A stretch of DNA of 64,000 bases from Anaerolineae bacterium (GCA_034436195.1 DAOTWS010000176.1:113-64112); one strand, 5' to 3'. Shown: positions 1 through 9,657, counted from the first letter of the stretch. Program-made: numbers and translations. The notes: generated by a model from the letters alone, not told the origin.

Positions 1-1
1 A

Positions 2-73
2 ATTAGACAGCAGGCAGGTTTGCCAACTGATGAGTTTGTTGTAGCGGCAGAAAATGGCGCAGAAGCTGAATAA
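2..73 (+). CDS. 3' end of an unidentified CDS entering from the left edge
   Basis: Frame 2 is open from the window edge to TAA 71-73 (...DEFVVAAENGAEAE*) and is followed by a hairpin plus T-run at 119-158. Only 23 codons are visible and no domain is recognisable. Confidence 0.25.
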   Translation: MRQQAGLPTDEFVVAAENGAEAE

Positions 74-118
74 TCAGGCACAATAAATCCAGTTTTCCCT
101 TTGGGAATTCCCAAAAGA

Positions 119-158
119 GCGGGTTTGTCTGTTTCGGAGCAGACAGGCTCGCTTTTTT
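119..158 (+). terminator. rho-independent terminator
   Basis: 13-bp stem GCGGGTTTGTCTG/CAGACAGGCTCGC (three G-U pairs), 8-nt loop, then TTTTTT. Confidence 0.6.
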
Positions 159-179
159 GATTTATGATTGGCGATTCGA

Positions 180-209
180 TTGACCTGACTAGTACTTTTT
201 TCCTATAAT
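180..209 (+). promoter_or_regulatory. sigma70-type promoter TTGACC-18nt-TATAAT upstream of the sensor kinase
   Basis: TTGACC at 180-185 and TATAAT at 204-209. A GGAGGG RBS and the ATG at 259 follow. Confidence 0.55.
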
Positions 210-258
210 GTGAATGATGATTGTATTGAGTGGTTGTTGTAATTGAGGGAGGGATTTT

Positions 259-1662
259 ATGGCAGCGCTAGACAGGAGTAAGGGATATTGGCAAAAAAAG
301 GATAAGACGTCGTGGCGTATTCGGATTGCTGCCTGGGTTTTGCAATATCGCTGGCTGGTCATTTTGTTTATTTCGATGTTGTCGCTGACATTTGAAATCA
401 TCGAACATATTTTTACAGTTCAACATGCTATTGACAGCCATTTTTATCGAGAAATTTTTACGTTTGGGGTGGTGTTTCCGGTATTGTTTGGTTTGTTGTT
501 TGATTTGTTGGCAGAAACGGAAACTGAGCGTAATCGCCTGGCGAGCCAGCAAGATGTAGAGCATTTGTTAAATTTGCAATTGGGGATGGCGCACAATTGG
601 GAGGATTTGTCCCGGTTGCTGGCACGCCTGCCGCGGCAAGTGGTTTCGGAGTTGGTGGGGGTGTGTGGGTATGTGTATGATGTGGAGAATGAGGTACTGG
701 AAACGGCCGTTGTCTGGTACAAACCCTATGTGACCATTTCTACCCAACCGCCAATATTGGACAAGTACCAACGCATTTACCTGCTGAAAAAACCGATACT
801 ACAAAAAGTAACACCAAAGCATTATGCCCAATACATCATCCCCGAAAACTGCAACATCTACTGCCTGCCTCTGACACGTAGTGGCCAACTGGTTGCTATT
901 TTGCATCTGTTCCTGCCTGACCAACTGACAATTTCTTCCGAACAAGCCGAAATACTCAACAATCTGGCCCCGGCGTTGGCACTGGCCATTGATAGCCTGC
1001 ACCCTAAAGGAACAGGCATTATTCGTGCTGCCGCCACCGAAGCAGAACGTCGCCGCCTGGCACGTTATTTACATGACACATTGGGGCAAAATCTGGGGCT
1101 TTTGTGCCTTAAGCTGGATCAGTTACAGGGAAACGATGTCCTGAACGAAGTGGCAGCCATTCGGGAAGAATTGGCACAAATGTACAATGTAGCCAATCAG
1201 GCTTATGAACAAGTGCGGCAAACGCTTACCCAACTCAAACCTGTTTTTCACGAAAACTTGCCGGCAGCATTACGACAAGAAGCAGAGCAGTTTGAACAAC
1301 ATTGGCAGTTACCAATTAATTTAGCAGTGCGTGGAGAGTTAAATATCATTCCTCATGATACCCAAGAAAAAATAATGGGAATTGTGCATGAAGCTTTATT
1401 GAATATTGGTAAGCATGCCCACGCTCATAAGGTCTCGCTTGAGGTAGAGCAGTTGGGAGATATGTTAACTATTACTATAGAGGATGATGGAATCGGATTT
1501 GATCCATTTGGCGATGAACCGGCCGGGCATTATGGGTTGTTGATTATGAAAGAACGAGCGAAGGAGATAAACGGCCGTCTTCACATCCAATCTACACCTG
1601 GTCAGGGTACTATTGTTGTTCTCTCCCTCCCCATTCCTGCACCTGTTCTCACTCCCATCTGA
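259..1662 (+). CDS. sensor histidine kinase, NarX/DegS-like (2-TM N-terminus, GAF-like middle, HisKA_3, HATPase_c)
   Basis: H-box ERRRLARYLHDTLGQNLG. ATPase motifs HEALLNIGKHAHA, DDGIGFD and GHYGLLIMKERA...GQGT. Hydrophobic N-terminus. RBS GGAGGG. Confidence 0.9.
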   Translation: MAALDRSKGYWQKKDKTSWRIRIAAWVLQYRWLVILFISMLSLTFEIIEHIFTVQHAIDSHFYREIFTFGVVFPVLFGLLFDLLAETETERNRLASQQDVEHLLNLQLGMAHNWEDLSRLLARLPRQVVSELVGVCGYVYDVENEVLETAVVWYKPYVTISTQPPILDKYQRIYLLKKPILQKVTPKHYAQYIIPENCNIYCLPLTRSGQLVAILHLFLPDQLTISSEQAEILNNLAPALALAIDSLHPKGTGIIRAAATEAERRRLARYLHDTLGQNLGLLCLKLDQLQGNDVLNEVAAIREELAQMYNVANQAYEQVRQTLTQLKPVFHENLPAALRQEAEQFEQHWQLPINLAVRGELNIIPHDTQEKIMGIVHEALLNIGKHAHAHKVSLEVEQLGDMLTITIEDDGIGFDPFGDEPAGHYGLLIMKERAKEINGRLHIQSTPGQGTIVVLSLPIPAPVLTPI

Positions 1663-1697
1663 TCATCCCCCAATTCCCTGTCAAATAATAATTCTCC

Positions 1698-1726
1698 AAA
1701 AGGCCGCTGAAATAGCGGCCTTTTTT
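1698..1726 (+). terminator. rho-independent terminator between kinase and regulator genes
   Basis: Perfect 8-bp stem AGGCCGCT/AGCGGCCT, 5-nt loop, TTTTTT tail, A-run upstream. Confidence 0.65.
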
Positions 1727-1818
1727 CGTAAGAACAATCTTAATTTTTATCCATTAAGATATAAATTGGGAAGAGTTAACCTCATTAATGTTACTCTGCC
1801 AGAGAGTAAATGCAGTAA

Positions 1819-2469
1819 ATGATGAAAATTTTAATTGTAGATGATCACATTCTGTTTCGGGAAGGTCTTACCACGTTACTGGACGCCCAACCGGACATTC
1901 AAGTGGCAGGCACAGCCGATTCTGTGGCTTCTTGTATTGAGGTAGCACAATCAGTTAAGCCAGACATTATTCTTATGGACTTTACGCTACCTGACGGTAC
2001 GGGTTTAGAAGCCACAAAAGCTCTCTTGAAAGAACTGCCTGAAATCAAAATTGTCTTTCTGACCATGCACGAGGATGATGAGCGACTTTTTGATGCTATC
2101 CGTGCTGGTGCAAAAGGGTATTTGCTAAAAAATATTCCCGTCTCCAAATTACTCTCATTCTTACGGGGGGTAGAGCAAGGGGAGGCAGCGCTTTCGGGAA
2201 AAATGACGGCCAAAATTCTGGAACAGTTCGCCCAAACCCCACCACAATCTTCTTCCAAATCTTCTGGTGTATTTGCCAGGCTTACACCACGAGAGTTGCA
2301 AGTATTGCGTGAACTTAGTACCGGTGCAACCAATCAGGAAATTGCACGCAAGCTGGTTATTAGTGAGCGAACTGTGAAAAATCATGTGAGCAATATTTTG
2401 GCCAAGCTTAATCTGAAAAACCGGTATGAAGCCAGTGCGTTTGCCCGACAACATGGTCTGAAGCGATAA
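1819..2469 (+). CDS. response regulator, NarL/LuxR family (REC + HTH)
   Basis: MKILIVDDH...PDIILMDFTLPDGTG...KGYLLK (receiver). LTPRELQVLRELSTGATNQEIARKLVISERTVKNHVSNILAKL (LuxR HTH). Confidence 0.93.
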   Translation: MMKILIVDDHILFREGLTTLLDAQPDIQVAGTADSVASCIEVAQSVKPDIILMDFTLPDGTGLEATKALLKELPEIKIVFLTMHEDDERLFDAIRAGAKGYLLKNIPVSKLLSFLRGVEQGEAALSGKMTAKILEQFAQTPPQSSSKSSGVFARLTPRELQVLRELSTGATNQEIARKLVISERTVKNHVSNILAKLNLKNRYEASAFARQHGLKR

Positions 2470-2515
2470 ATCTGAAGCGATTTCCCTGTGTTCAGTTTTG
2501 AAGCGTAACTTACTG

Positions 2516-2547
2516 AAAACCGCAGAATGTCTGTGGTTTTTTTGTTT
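2516..2547 (+). terminator. rho-independent terminator after the regulator gene
   Basis: AAAACCGCAG-aatgt-CTGTGGTTTT stem (one G-U pair) followed by a T-run. Confidence 0.6.
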
Positions 2548-2549
2548 TT

Positions 2550-2574
2550 AGTACCACAGTACCAGTACCACAGT
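2550..2574 (+). promoter_or_regulatory. direct repeat AGTACCACAGT-acc-AGTACCACAGT, candidate regulator binding site
   Basis: Two identical 11-mers with a 14-bp period. They lie directly downstream of the LuxR-type regulator gene and about 120 bp upstream of the 2697-18572 gene string. Confidence 0.3.
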
Positions 2575-2696
2575 GCCATAAAACCTCTGTTTTCCCCCTT
2601 TATATCACCCATTTTTGTGTCCTGAATCTGTCCTCAAGATCGATGACATTATTGATTGAGTTCATTTAGCATGGAATTGAGTGCCAAAAAGCTTGA

Positions 2697-3344
2697 TTGG
2701 AAGTGTCTATGCTGTCAAAGACCGGGAAAATGCGTTGGTCGTCATGGTGGTTGTTTACGGGACTCATGATGATCTTTATAACGCTAGCAGAATTGTTTGA
2801 ACACAAAATGGTTAGCCCGTCCTGGTCTCGCTTTTTGTTGATGACTGAACTGATAGTCAGTGGTGTGGTTATTCCAATGGCATTGGGAGTTGTGTTGAAT
2901 GAGTTGGTAATGGTGAAGGGGCGGGTAATGAGAAAGAAAAATGAGATGGGAAAAACGGCCGTTTCTCCCCCCAAGGTTTTGCTAATTGGCAACGCCTCCC
3001 TCCTGGGTGCCAGCCTGGAACAACTCCTTTGCCAAAAAACCCATTTCCAAATCACCACTATCTCCGCCCCGGCCACACCCAAAGATCTCCTTCAGCAAAT
3101 CAGTCAATACCAGCCAGACACCCTTATCATCAACACCGACCAGATACCAATTACCCCTCAAGTGCTGGCAATTCTGCAAAAACGTTCCCGCTTACGCATG
3201 CTGGCTGTCCAGGGAGAAACCAATGAAATTCAAATCTATGAAAAAGAAACGCTCCCAATCCACAGTACGGCCGATTTCATCCAAAAGTGCAACATCAAAA
3301 CGGCCACTTCCGAATCAAAAAAGGAGGAAAGTCAATGTGAATGA
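2697..3344 (+). CDS. membrane protein: 2-TM module paralogous to the kinase N-terminus, plus a degenerate receiver-like domain
   Basis: TM module ...LAELFEH...GVVIPMALGVVLNEL resembles the kinase ...LTFEIIEH...GVVFPVLFGLLFDLL. The C-terminal part reads VLLIGNASL...PDTLIINTD...LAV, which is receiver-like but lacks the acidic pair. The TTG at 2697 or the ATG at 2709 could be the start. Confidence 0.6.
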   Translation: MEVSMLSKTGKMRWSSWWLFTGLMMIFITLAELFEHKMVSPSWSRFLLMTELIVSGVVIPMALGVVLNELVMVKGRVMRKKNEMGKTAVSPPKVLLIGNASLLGASLEQLLCQKTHFQITTISAPATPKDLLQQISQYQPDTLIINTDQIPITPQVLAILQKRSRLRMLAVQGETNEIQIYEKETLPIHSTADFIQKCNIKTATSESKKEESQCE

Positions 3345-3398
3345 TAAGCCTGTTTTACCTATCAGTAATCCTTTAGTTGAGCTATCAGGAGTGGCAGT

Positions 3399-6300
3399 AT
3401 GAATGCACAAACAACCATACATACAAAAACAGTTCCTCTGCGTCGGCTCTGGTTAAGCCGACTCATGTTCGTTCTCCTCCTGCTGATTTTGGCACTATTT
3501 GGCTCACAACGTGCCGTCAAATCAGCCTCTACCATTACTCTCGAAGTACGCGAATATGTACCTGGCGCACCTCCTGGTACCGGCCCCCTCATCACCACCT
3601 ACGCCTATCTGGTCAATGAAGATAACACCGGCGATCCATTTGATCCGGACCCTGCCAAACATCCCTCCCTGAAACCAATGGCCAGTTACAGTCCAGTGGT
3701 AGCCATGGGAGACGATACCAGCTCATCGCTTACACTCGATGACGGCCGTTACCTCATCTCCGTTCGTGCCGACGGCTACAAAATGGGAGGCAAACACATT
3801 CGCCTGCCAGACGACTCCGGCACAGTAATCATTGAACTCGTCCCCGAGCCCCTTCCCCTCTCCAAAATCCGCGTTCACGTCTTCCATGACAACAACCCTG
3901 TTAACGGCGAAGACGACATCCCCCGTGAAGAAGGACTCGAAGGATTTCGCGTCATTATCGAAGACGGATCCGGCGAAGTCACCGTAGACTGGTTTGGCAA
4001 CCCACTCTGTACTCAATACGATGGCAACCCCAACGGCAGCACCCCCTTGGGCGACCCCATCCCCGGCACAGGCGGTATTTGCTACACCGACGCCAACGGC
4101 GATCTGGTCATCCCAAACCTGGGCCGCAACAAATACGAAGTCATCGCCATACCACCCGATGGCCAGGAAAACGACTGGATCCAAACCACCACCATCGAGG
4201 GCACTCACGTTATCGACGCATGGGTTGAAGAAGGAAACACAGGCTACAGCCCCCGAGAAGGCTTTCAACAAGCAATGGTCTGGATTGGCTTCGTCCAGCG
4301 ATGCACCTTCGGAGATCCCAACGACACTTGTCCAGCCAACGATACGCCCGGCTCAGGCACAATCATGGGAACCGTCAAAACTGTCATCGAATGGATTCCA
4401 CCCACAGCCCCCCTAATCCTCGGCGATCCCGTAGATCGCCCCTGGATAGCTCTGACAGACATCGGCGGAACCGACCAACAAGTTTATCTGGGGCGAGGCA
4501 ATCCAGATGGCAGTTTTGTTATCAACAATGTCCCTGATGGTGTCTACCAGCTTGTTGTTTGGGATGAACCACTGGATTACATCATCTCTTTCTTCACCGT
4601 TACCGTTGACAGCAGTGTAAACGGTGGCGTCGTTGATATGGGAGAATTTGGAATCCCACGATGGTATGGCTGGATTTCCGGCTATGTATTTTTGGATGAA
4701 AATCGAAACGGCATCAAAGATCCAGGCGAACCGGGTATTCCTCGTGTTGATCTGGACACACGATTCCGTGACGGTTCGATCCAATACACAACTGTAACTG
4801 ACGAAAACGGCTACTACGAATTCCCCGAAGTCTTCGAGTTAGAAAAGTTTGCTGTTGCTGAAGTAGGATTCGGCCGTATGGGGACCAGTGGCGCATCTGT
4901 CCATGATGAATACAACACCAACCTCATCAAATCTGTCCATCCGGATGTCCTTACTCTGGCCGAATTAACGTGGGCAGCCAAGCGGAGCATTATTGATTGG
5001 GGCAAATTCAACTATTTGCCTGGCGAAAACGGCGGCATATCCGGAATCGTTTACTACGCCACAATGCGCAACGAAACAAATGCCCAACTTGCAGCCGCAG
5101 AAGATTATGAACCGGGCGTTCCCAATGTCACTGTTCGTCTCTACGACGAAACCGGCACTATCTTGCTTAACGAAACTCAAACTGATGCCTGGCAGCATCC
5201 AACCAATTGTGATTATCTGGATGCAAATGGGTTGCCCGTTCCTGATCCGCTAGATCTCGGTCCAAAGTGCGTAGAAGTTCCCAACATATCCAATGAAGTT
5301 AAGGATGGTGTGTTTGATGGTGGCTACGCGTTCAATAGTTACTGGACACCATACTATGGTGCGCCAGGAGCAACAGAAGTAACAGGATTGCCGCCAGGGA
5401 ACTATGTTGTTCAGGTTGTGCCCCCTCCATTCTTTAAGGTGCTGGAAGATTCTGATGTGAACACGTCGGATGGAAACCAGGTAACCCCAAATGGGCCAGC
5501 TATTAACATTCCCGCAGCAGGCTGTTCTGGTGGAGACTGCTCCAAACGCATTGTTACTTTACAAGAAGGACAAAATGCGGCGGCAGATTTCTTCTTGTTA
5601 ACGGAAAATGCCGTGCCCATTCCAGGTCGAATTTTTGGCTTCTTGCTGGATGACCTGAATATCGAAACCGATCCCAACTTTATTTACTACGGTGAGAAGC
5701 GGGGGATTCCGTTCACGCCTGTAGGAATTCGGGATTTTACTGGTCGGCTAATCACTACAGTGTATTCGGATGAGAATGGTATTTTTGAGGTGTTGCTCCC
5801 ATCCACTTTTGTGGCAAATTGCCCAACACCAGGCGGTGTTTGTCCAGCTATTTATCATGTAGTGGGCAACGATCCGGGGGATCCAGGTAATCCTAACCCT
5901 GGCTATAACCCCAATTATCAGACATTGACGTTTACATTTGATGTCTGGCCGGGTAAGACAACGTATGCCGATGTGGCGTTGTTCCCTATTACTGCATTTA
6001 CTGCTGGTGGAGGGGGGCAGTTTAACCAACCGGCGCAATGTAATTTGCCGGATGGTACACCTGAGTTATGGGCAGTATCTCAGCCTTATGGCAGTGTCGG
6101 GGATTCGTTTACGATTACCGGTGTGAATTTTGGGGCGACACAGGGGAGTGGTTCTGTAACGATTGATGGTGTGCCGTTGTTGGTAAATTCGTGGTCGGAT
6201 ACGCTGCTGGATGTCACGATTCCTCCGGGATTTTCTGCAGGGGCGGGACAGTTGATGATTACGGCCGATAATGGTCTGAGTACGGTCAATGGGTTGACGT

Positions 6301-8261
6301 TCCACGTGTTGGGAATGGGTTATAACCCAACTGTTGTTAATGTGTATCCTGATCCAAATCCCGCGGCTACCCCGATTCAGAATGCTATTGATGCGGCTTT
6401 TGGGAATACGCTGATTGTAGTAAATCCGGGTGTTTACTATGAGAGTATTACGCTGAATAAGGGGCGTGTGAAGTTGCAGGGCGTTGGGCCAGGTGAGCCA
6501 ACGTTGGGTACAGGCGGCTCGGTATTGGATGAACGGTTTGCAGTGGAAAGTATTATTGTTACCGGTGCACCTAATACGTTTGGGCCGCTGTTTAATCCGC
6601 AAATTGATGGATTTAAGATTACAGGTGGACGTGATCAGCAAGATGTTGGTGGCGGGTTGCATGTAGATGTAAACGGCCGTTATCTGGAAATCAGCAACAA
6701 CATCATCCAAAGCAACGGCGGCAACTTCGGTGGCGGCATCACCATTGGCGAACCATATCGGGGCGACAACAACAACGACCGCATCCGCATTCACCATAAC
6801 CGTATCCTCAACAACGGCGGCATCAGCCTGGCCGGTGCTATCGGCATCTTCAATGGTGCCAACCAGTACGAAATCGCCTACAACGAAATTTGCGGCAACT
6901 ATTCGGCCGAGTACGGTGGTGGTATCTCTCACTTCGGTCTCAGTCGTCAGGGCAGCATCCACCACAACAAAATCTACTACAACAATGCCTTTGATGAAGG
7001 TGGTGGCATCCTGATCGCTGGTGAACAATTCTTCAACCCCGAAAATCCAAACGAACCAGCACCTAACCTTACCGTTGGATCTGGCGAAGTGGACATCTAC
7101 AACAACCTGATTCAATCCAACCTGTCCAATGACGATGGGGGCGGTATCAGGCTCTTACAGCCCTGGGACTACAGAATCCGCATCTTCAACAACATTATCG
7201 TAAACAATGTCTCCACTGATTTTGGCGGTGGCATTGCCCTCGACGATGCCTCAGACGTTCTCATCATGAACAATACGATCGCCAAAAACGTCAACACTTC
7301 CACTGCCGAAGACTCAGACGGATTACCACACGCCGCTGGACTAACAGCCGAGGCTTATAGCACCCAATTCACCAACTATCTGGTAAATACCTATGGCTCA
7401 GCTGCTCCTGGTTTCCCCGATCCAGTCATGTTCAACAACATTTTCTGGGAAAATCAGGCTTATACCTGGGATGGCCTGCAACTGGTATTTAACAGCATCA
7501 TGGACATGGAAGTGTTTGGGACGATTACACCTGCCTCTTTTACCGGTCATCCCAGCAACATGATCGGTGTCAACCCACAGTTTGTATCACCTTATGATAC
7601 GGTATTGGATGCAGTAGCCTTCCGCATGGAGCCAAACTTTATCACTGTGGTATATGTGACAGTTGATCTGACGGCCGCTTTGCCGGGCAACTATCATCTG
7701 ACAGGTGGTTCTCCAGCTGTTGATGTAGGTGTGTCTTCACTGGGGCCAATTGCTGCCCCGGCAGATGATATTGATGGTGAATCCAGACCACAAAATGGCC
7801 TGTTTGACGTTGGCGCAGATGAATTGACAGGAACACCGCCGCCGCCACCACCAACACCAACGCCACCACCACCGACACCCACACCATTACCCACGCCTAC
7901 GCCCCCACCCACACCGACACCACCACCGCCAGCAGGCTGCACAACAAATTGTCTGCGTGTGACAAGTATTGATTTGACACCATTTGTGCGTGGTAATAAC
8001 GGCCGTGTTCGGGCAGTCATCACCGTACGCGATGAAAACAACATACCAGTAGAAAATGCACGCGTATATGTCACCTGGACATTGCCCAATACCACTACCC
8101 CCCTCACACTAAATGAAGGCACAAACGGACAAGGACTTGTGCGCTTCATGGCAGAAGATGGATTAGGCACTTACACCATCACAATTGATGACATCACACT
8201 AGGAGGCTACACCTTTGACACAACCAATAGCGTACTAAGTGCGACCATCACCATACCATAA
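3399..8261 (+). CDS. 1620-aa secreted multidomain protein: SdrD-B/CarboxypepD_reg-like beta-sandwiches, IPT/TIG, right-handed parallel beta-helix (PbH1) repeats, Pro/Thr linker, C-terminal beta-sandwich
   Basis: - N-terminal hydrophobic signal/anchor.
- GYVFLDENRNGIKDPGEPGI...TDENGYYEF (SdrD-B-like).
- FTITGVNFGATQGSGSVTIDGVP...LTFHV (IPT/TIG).
- Repeated NNxIxxNxGxxGGGI beta-helix turns.
- DIDGESRPQNGLFDVGADE tail.
- A PT-rich linker. Confidence 0.85.
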   Translation: MNAQTTIHTKTVPLRRLWLSRLMFVLLLLILALFGSQRAVKSASTITLEVREYVPGAPPGTGPLITTYAYLVNEDNTGDPFDPDPAKHPSLKPMASYSPVVAMGDDTSSSLTLDDGRYLISVRADGYKMGGKHIRLPDDSGTVIIELVPEPLPLSKIRVHVFHDNNPVNGEDDIPREEGLEGFRVIIEDGSGEVTVDWFGNPLCTQYDGNPNGSTPLGDPIPGTGGICYTDANGDLVIPNLGRNKYEVIAIPPDGQENDWIQTTTIEGTHVIDAWVEEGNTGYSPREGFQQAMVWIGFVQRCTFGDPNDTCPANDTPGSGTIMGTVKTVIEWIPPTAPLILGDPVDRPWIALTDIGGTDQQVYLGRGNPDGSFVINNVPDGVYQLVVWDEPLDYIISFFTVTVDSSVNGGVVDMGEFGIPRWYGWISGYVFLDENRNGIKDPGEPGIPRVDLDTRFRDGSIQYTTVTDENGYYEFPEVFELEKFAVAEVGFGRMGTSGASVHDEYNTNLIKSVHPDVLTLAELTWAAKRSIIDWGKFNYLPGENGGISGIVYYATMRNETNAQLAAAEDYEPGVPNVTVRLYDETGTILLNETQTDAWQHPTNCDYLDANGLPVPDPLDLGPKCVEVPNISNEVKDGVFDGGYAFNSYWTPYYGAPGATEVTGLPPGNYVVQVVPPPFFKVLEDSDVNTSDGNQVTPNGPAINIPAAGCSGGDCSKRIVTLQEGQNAAADFFLLTENAVPIPGRIFGFLLDDLNIETDPNFIYYGEKRGIPFTPVGIRDFTGRLITTVYSDENGIFEVLLPSTFVANCPTPGGVCPAIYHVVGNDPGDPGNPNPGYNPNYQTLTFTFDVWPGKTTYADVALFPITAFTAGGGGQFNQPAQCNLPDGTPELWAVSQPYGSVGDSFTITGVNFGATQGSGSVTIDGVPLLVNSWSDTLLDVTIPPGFSAGAGQLMITADNGLSTVNGLTFHVLGMGYNPTVVNVYPDPNPAATPIQNAIDAAFGNTLIVVNPGVYYESITLNKGRVKLQGVGPGEPTLGTGGSVLDERFAVESIIVTGAPNTFGPLFNPQIDGFKITGGRDQQDVGGGLHVDVNGRYLEISNNIIQSNGGNFGGGITIGEPYRGDNNNDRIRIHHNRILNNGGISLAGAIGIFNGANQYEIAYNEICGNYSAEYGGGISHFGLSRQGSIHHNKIYYNNAFDEGGGILIAGEQFFNPENPNEPAPNLTVGSGEVDIYNNLIQSNLSNDDGGGIRLLQPWDYRIRIFNNIIVNNVSTDFGGGIALDDASDVLIMNNTIAKNVNTSTAEDSDGLPHAAGLTAEAYSTQFTNYLVNTYGSAAPGFPDPVMFNNIFWENQAYTWDGLQLVFNSIMDMEVFGTITPASFTGHPSNMIGVNPQFVSPYDTVLDAVAFRMEPNFITVVYVTVDLTAALPGNYHLTGGSPAVDVGVSSLGPIAAPADDIDGESRPQNGLFDVGADELTGTPPPPPPTPTPPPPTPTPLPTPTPPPTPTPPPPAGCTTNCLRVTSIDLTPFVRGNNGRVRAVITVRDENNIPVENARVYVTWTLPNTTTPLTLNEGTNGQGLVRFMAEDGLGTYTITIDDITLGGYTFDTTNSVLSATITIP
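7831..7936 (+). repeat. Pro/Thr low-complexity linker coding repeat
   Basis: Encodes GTPPPPPPTPTPPPPTPTPLPTPTPPPTPTPPPPAG from CCN/ACN-rich degenerate repeats. Confidence 0.8.
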
Positions 8262-8352
8262 CCTGATATTTCTCGAACCGTCCCTTCCCCATCTCCCCCA
8301 GCGGCTGATGGGGAAGGGATATCCGGAATGTGAAAAGTGGAGGAAACTCACT

Positions 8353-9657
8353 ATGAACAAGAAAAAACAACCACCCAAACTAAATCGGCGACAATTTCTG
8401 CGCCTGGGACTGGGAGGTGGCGGTGCATTGGTACTAACAGCAGCCAGTGTGCTGGCACGGGCGGACAAGCTACGAGAACTGGCAGCAACAAGTACGGCTT
8501 CTCAAGTGGCTGCACCAGTTGCCCCTGAGCCAGCAGCCTCTACTGTTGTACAGGGCACAAATATTCGGCTGGCCGCTACGGATGGGCACATTTTGCTGCC
8601 AGGCAGAACACGGCCGTTATACACTTTCGGTTTTGTCGAAGCCGATCCTAACGCCTCAATTCGAGATGTCATCGCCGCCTACAAAGGCAAAGTGCAAATG
8701 TGTTCCCCTATTCTGGATGTGAATGAAGGGGATGAAGTGTATCTGACTCTCACCAACCTGGGATTCCAATTCCGCCCAGATTTGGACGATTCTCACACCA
8801 TTCACTGGCATGGTTTTCGCAATCCAGTTGCCATTTTTGATGGTGTGCCAGAAGTATCCATCGCTGTGCCGGTTGCCCGAAACTTTCCCTACTTCTTCCA
8901 TCCCGAACATCCGGGAACATATATGTACCATTGCCATTTTGAGGATGTGGAACACGTACAAATGGGGATGAATGGTATTGTGTTTGTTCGCCCCTTACAG
9001 AATAACGGAACAGGCAGTTTGCCCCCAGGCAAATATTGTTACAACGACGGGGATGGCTCAACAGCATACGATCGGGAAGTGACGCTGATGTTAAATGAAA
9101 TTGATACCCGTCCTCACGACTTGCTGGAAGAGGTACAAGATTTTGTCTGGTCAGATTATAAGCCGAATTACTGGATCATAAACGGCCGTGCCTATCCGGA
9201 TACCATCAAGCCCAGCAACGACCCATCCCTGCCCTACCAGCCCATTTCGTCACTTATTCAGGCAAATCCCGGCGAAAAAATCCTGTTACGCTTCGCCAAC
9301 CTTGGCTATGAACAACACGCCATGCAATTAACCGGCATTCCCATGAAAGTAGTTGGGCACGATGCAACGCTGCTACGCAGCCCTGACGGTTCAGATCTCA
9401 GCTACTATACGAACACCATTTACATTGGGCCTGGAGAGGCACGCGATGTCATCTTCGAAGCACCGGCATTTGATCCCACAGCCGAAACTGGCACAGACAG
9501 CATAGGAACTTACAACGTCTACCTGCTAAAAAACCGGAACTATTTCGCCCAGACAAACGACGGATTACCAGGACTTGGCGGCATGGTTACAGAGGTGCGC
9601 GTTTATAACGGTTCACCTCTGCCCCCACAAACCAAGCCAAACGAGACATTTACATAA
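8353..9657 (+). CDS. two-domain multicopper oxidase paralogue A: Tat signal; domain 1 has a full T1 site plus two HxH pairs; domain 2 has no ligands
   Basis: RBS GGAGG before the ATG at 8353. Tat motif NRRQFLRLGLGG. HTIHWHG at 8794-8814. YHCHFEDVEHVQMGM at 8926-8970. Domain 2 reads GYEQHAMQLTG where HxxHxH is expected. Confidence 0.85.
   Translation: MNKKKQPPKLNRRQFLRLGLGGGGALVLTAASVLARADKLRELAATSTASQVAAPVAPEPAASTVVQGTNIRLAATDGHILLPGRTRPLYTFGFVEADPNASIRDVIAAYKGKVQMCSPILDVNEGDEVYLTLTNLGFQFRPDLDDSHTIHWHGFRNPVAIFDGVPEVSIAVPVARNFPYFFHPEHPGTYMYHCHFEDVEHVQMGMNGIVFVRPLQNNGTGSLPPGKYCYNDGDGSTAYDREVTLMLNEIDTRPHDLLEEVQDFVWSDYKPNYWIINGRAYPDTIKPSNDPSLPYQPISSLIQANPGEKILLRFANLGYEQHAMQLTGIPMKVVGHDATLLRSPDGSDLSYYTNTIYIGPGEARDVIFEAPAFDPTAETGTDSIGTYNVYLLKNRNYFAQTNDGLPGLGGMVTEVRVYNGSPLPPQTKPNETFT

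Noticed and set aside
7831-7936. Repetitive CCN/ACN DNA here and at 17319-17413, considered as a possible CRISPR or tandem-repeat locus.
   Set aside because: Both stretches are in frame inside large secreted proteins and encode Pro/Thr(/Ser) interdomain linkers. There is no repeat-spacer structure.
8239-8352. Upstream extension of the MCO-A ORF, overlapping the end of the 1620-aa gene.
   Set aside because: A GGAGG RBS precedes the ATG at 8353, which opens a canonical Tat signal (NRRQFLRLGLGG). The extension has no signal-peptide character.
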